Virus record (IMG/VR): IMGVR_UViG_3300027804_000050 | Location: 42,109 to 106,108 of that record | From: a virus | Direction: 5' to 3' (one strand) | DNA length: 64,000 nt | In this document: piece after piece, positions 63,788-64,000 of the stretch | Position numbering within the stretch: position 1 is the stretch's first letter | How the letters are laid out: each line of letters begins with the position of its first letter | Position numbers and translations under genes: made by a program | Notes under the pieces: generated by a model | What the model saw: only the letters and a program-made list of their open reading frames with translations | The model's database searches: none | What the model was told of the DNA's origin: nothing

Positions 63788-63982
63788 TCAGTAGTCCTCG
63801 CGGCTGCGCTTGACCTTGGGCTTGGAATCGGAAAGGACTTGGATATCCATTAGTGCAGACTCGTAACCCGCATCAAAGCACCTGCACTCACAAGTTTTTT
63901 GCTTTTGTAGGTTTTTTTCCTTGATAGTGGTCCAAATAGCTACCCCAAGTGCGAACACAACGCACAAGGTGCTCGTGGTCAT
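63788..63982 (-). CDS. Small membrane-anchored protein
   Basis: N-terminal TM segment; stop codon adjacent to the lysozyme start. Confidence 0.55.
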   Translation of the reverse strand: MTTSTLCVVFALGVAIWTTIKEKNLQKQKTCECRCFDAGYESALMDIQVLSDSKPKVKRSREDY

Positions 63983-64000
63983 GATGAATCGCTCATTTCC

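Overview
64 kb of a large lytic myovirus genome with T4-like morphogenesis genes, read in the standard genetic code. From left to right: (1) virion module: a 5'-truncated structural gene, a 1409-aa Cys-rich protein, PAAR, internal head proteins, gp21 protease, gp22 scaffold, gp23 capsid, gp13/14/15 neck, gp18 sheath and gp19 tube. (2) Replication and recombination module: resolvase, gp55-like sigma factor, a UDG-fused family A DNA polymerase split over three ORFs, ThyX, gp47/gp46, class II RNR, helicase, UvsY, SSB, RecA and a Clp-type ATPase. (3) An 8-gene glycan synthesis and modification cluster. (4) Six tRNA genes, five of which read A-ending codons. (5) Many small middle/early genes with a second sigma-like gene. 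(6) A structured non-coding region, then a GC-richer early region of apparently leaderless promoter-gene cassettes separated by six copies of a conserved ~50-bp element. A secreted protein resembling a planctomycete C-terminal domain, the tRNA set and the GC gradient suggest a high-GC, possibly planctomycete, host (inference). All calls come from motif recognition by eye; no searches or counts were run.
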